Shown one piece after another: positions 62,501-64,000 of a DNA stretch of 64,000 bases. Source of the DNA: Hyaloraphidium curvatum SAG 235-1 (lineage: Eukaryota > Fungi > Monoblepharomycota); assembly GCA_025558095.1 (NCBI GenBank), contig JAIVFI010000023.1, positions 186,001 to 250,000 on the forward strand, read 5' to 3'. The position numbers and the translations under genes were made by a program. How positions within the stretch are numbered: position 1 is the stretch's first letter; each line of letters begins with the position of its first letter. The notes beneath the pieces are model-generated. The model did not search any database and had not been told where the DNA came from. It saw nothing but the letters and a program-made list of their open reading frames with translations.

Positions 62501-63343
62501 CGAAGCTGTCCATGGGAGAGGTTCAGCTCTTCGACGATGGCCGCAGCATCGCCTCCATGACGAGCGAGTACCATCTGCCTTTCCTTGTGAATCCCTGACC
62601 TGACGGGTTTGTGCAGGAACGAGCCTTTCCTGGGACTCGTACGAGCAGCGCTGCTTCTGGGAACTCGTCCGGTGCGACCTCCTCGATCGTCAGAAAGAGA
62701 TTGAACAGCTCGTCGAGCAGCTCACGGACATGGACTGGGGAGGTAAGAACAGCGATCATTTTCACGTGTGTAAGCGTCTGACGCCACGATGGGCTAGCAA
62801 ACATTGAAGTCAGCGAGGGCGTCCTGCTCCTCCTGCAGAACAGCAAGCCGTCGACGGCTGTCGTCCGGGCGGTTTTGGGGAGCCCCTGCCCGGAAGCCGC
62901 GCTCGACGGCGTGTCCCCGGACGCGGCCGTGCCGTTCCAGATCCTGGCGGTGAAGCAGTGGTGCCGCAACTTCCCGAAATCGTTCGTCGAGGTGCTCACG
63001 GGGCTGCTGCAAGAGGGCGTAAAGGCCGCGGAAGCGGAGCGGGCGGAGGCGGCAGCGATACCAGAGCTCGGATCGGGGGCGAGGAGACAATCCAAGGAAA
63101 TGGCTTTGCTGGAGAACGTGCTTGCGAACCTTGTACTTTGGAGGTCGATGGCGCAGCGGCTCGGTTTCCGAGGTACGTCACCGGCCCGAAACCCTTTGCT
63201 GCACTCACCAGCGCCCTCTGATTGCAGATCCCGTGCTGAGCAACGAGGGCGTTCGCACGGCCTTGCAACCGCTTCTGAGCGAGGAATCCTTCTACACGAA
63301 ATACCAACGGCTCGTAGTGGCGCTGGCTCCCCGGGCAGAGTAG
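59598..63343 (+). CDS. INTS3: Integrator complex subunit 3 / SOSS-A
   Basis: LSRISPDLESKIRFLL, DIVRYVVAMFHPSNEILRAEVVQRWQLI and ALLWDWIAY..DTVMHIEPAILMM; 3' end uncertain. Confidence 0.88.
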
Positions 63344-63632
63344 TTCGGCGAGCGTGGGACCTTAGCCACGGTGGAAAGACGGTGTGCTCGCACAGGGTTG
63401 ATGAACGAATACAGGATTGTCCAACGGCCCGACGTACAACGAATAAGTACTAACTAGATTACACGCCTCGCAGCAGAAGGAGATTGGCATCGACAGATGC
63501 TGTTGTGCGCACGTCGCCGTGCACGAGCGTCAGGAATTTGCCGGGCGTGGCCGCGGCGTGTCCGGAAGGGGGAAGGATGCGGGACCGTTGGAGCGGCTTC
63601 GGCCAGCAAGAGCTCTCCGAGGTCCTGCGGCC

Positions 63633-64000
63633 TCAGTCGGAAGACGGCTCCTCGGACGAGTCGGAGTCCGCCTCGTACGCGCCCTTCTTGGCCTGCCGCT
63701 TCTTCTCCTGCTTCTCGATCCAGTCCTTGACGAAGATGCTGGCCTTCATGAACTTTTTGCTGGCGTACTTCTTGAAAAGCGCCTCGTGCTTGTTGGGCTT
63801 GCCGAGGTAGTCGAGCATGAGGTCCACGCACGGCTTCATCTGCTCCTCGGTGTAGCCGGAGTAGTGCCTCAGGTTGGCATCCTGTGCATGCATCGCGCAC
63901 GTGAGCATTGCCATCGGACACGGCGCATGCGAGTTACGCACCCATTCCGGCCTGTCGAGCATCGTCCGCGCGAGGTAGAGGCTCGAGGCGGCGACGTTGG
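63633..64000 (-). CDS. B-type cyclin, C-terminal part (5' end outside window)
   Basis: VAASSLYLARTML, W|DANLRHYSGYTEEQM and ALFKKYASKKFMKAS: Cyclin_C domain of the Cdc13/Clb type. Confidence 0.9.
   Translation of the reverse strand, partial: NVAASSLYLARTMLDRPEWVRNSHAPCPMAMLTCAMHAQDANLRHYSGYTEEQMKPCVDLMLDYLGKPNKHEALFKKYASKKFMKASIFVKDWIEKQEKKRQAKKGAYEADSDSSEEPSSD

Overview
Gene-dense, GC-rich eukaryotic DNA with many short (~50-70 nt) spliceosomal introns, so most long ORFs in the supplied track are exon fragments or shadow frames. Gene content (fungal ARG5,6 polyprotein, PRS5-type PRPP synthetase, NAD-GDH, NodB protein, plus INTS3, SMPD4, COPS9 and CFAP20) points to an early-diverging, chytrid-grade fungus; this is inference. 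I reconstructed 28 protein genes by hand, 22 of them in 11 tight head-to-head pairs. In one pair (SEN34 and MTQ2/N6AMT1) the two start codons overlap in a single CATG. A ~10 kb island without recognisable host genes (about 17.9-27.7 kb) is a nested transposon pile: a dead Helitron helicase split by several RTEX/CR1-like LINE copies with (ATTCT)n tails (two form a ~1.6 kb near-perfect inverted repeat), solo-LTR-like pieces, and a 149 bp MITE with ten TATCC motifs spaced about one helical turn apart. The island shows CpG decay and is a centromere/heterochromatin candidate. Other oddities are at least seven GC-AG introns, micro-exons, ATG-only first exons and a catalytically dead GPI-anchored chitin-deacetylase homologue. 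No CRISPR, rRNA or tRNA was recognised. Coordinates and exon boundaries were read by eye and may be off by a few bases.
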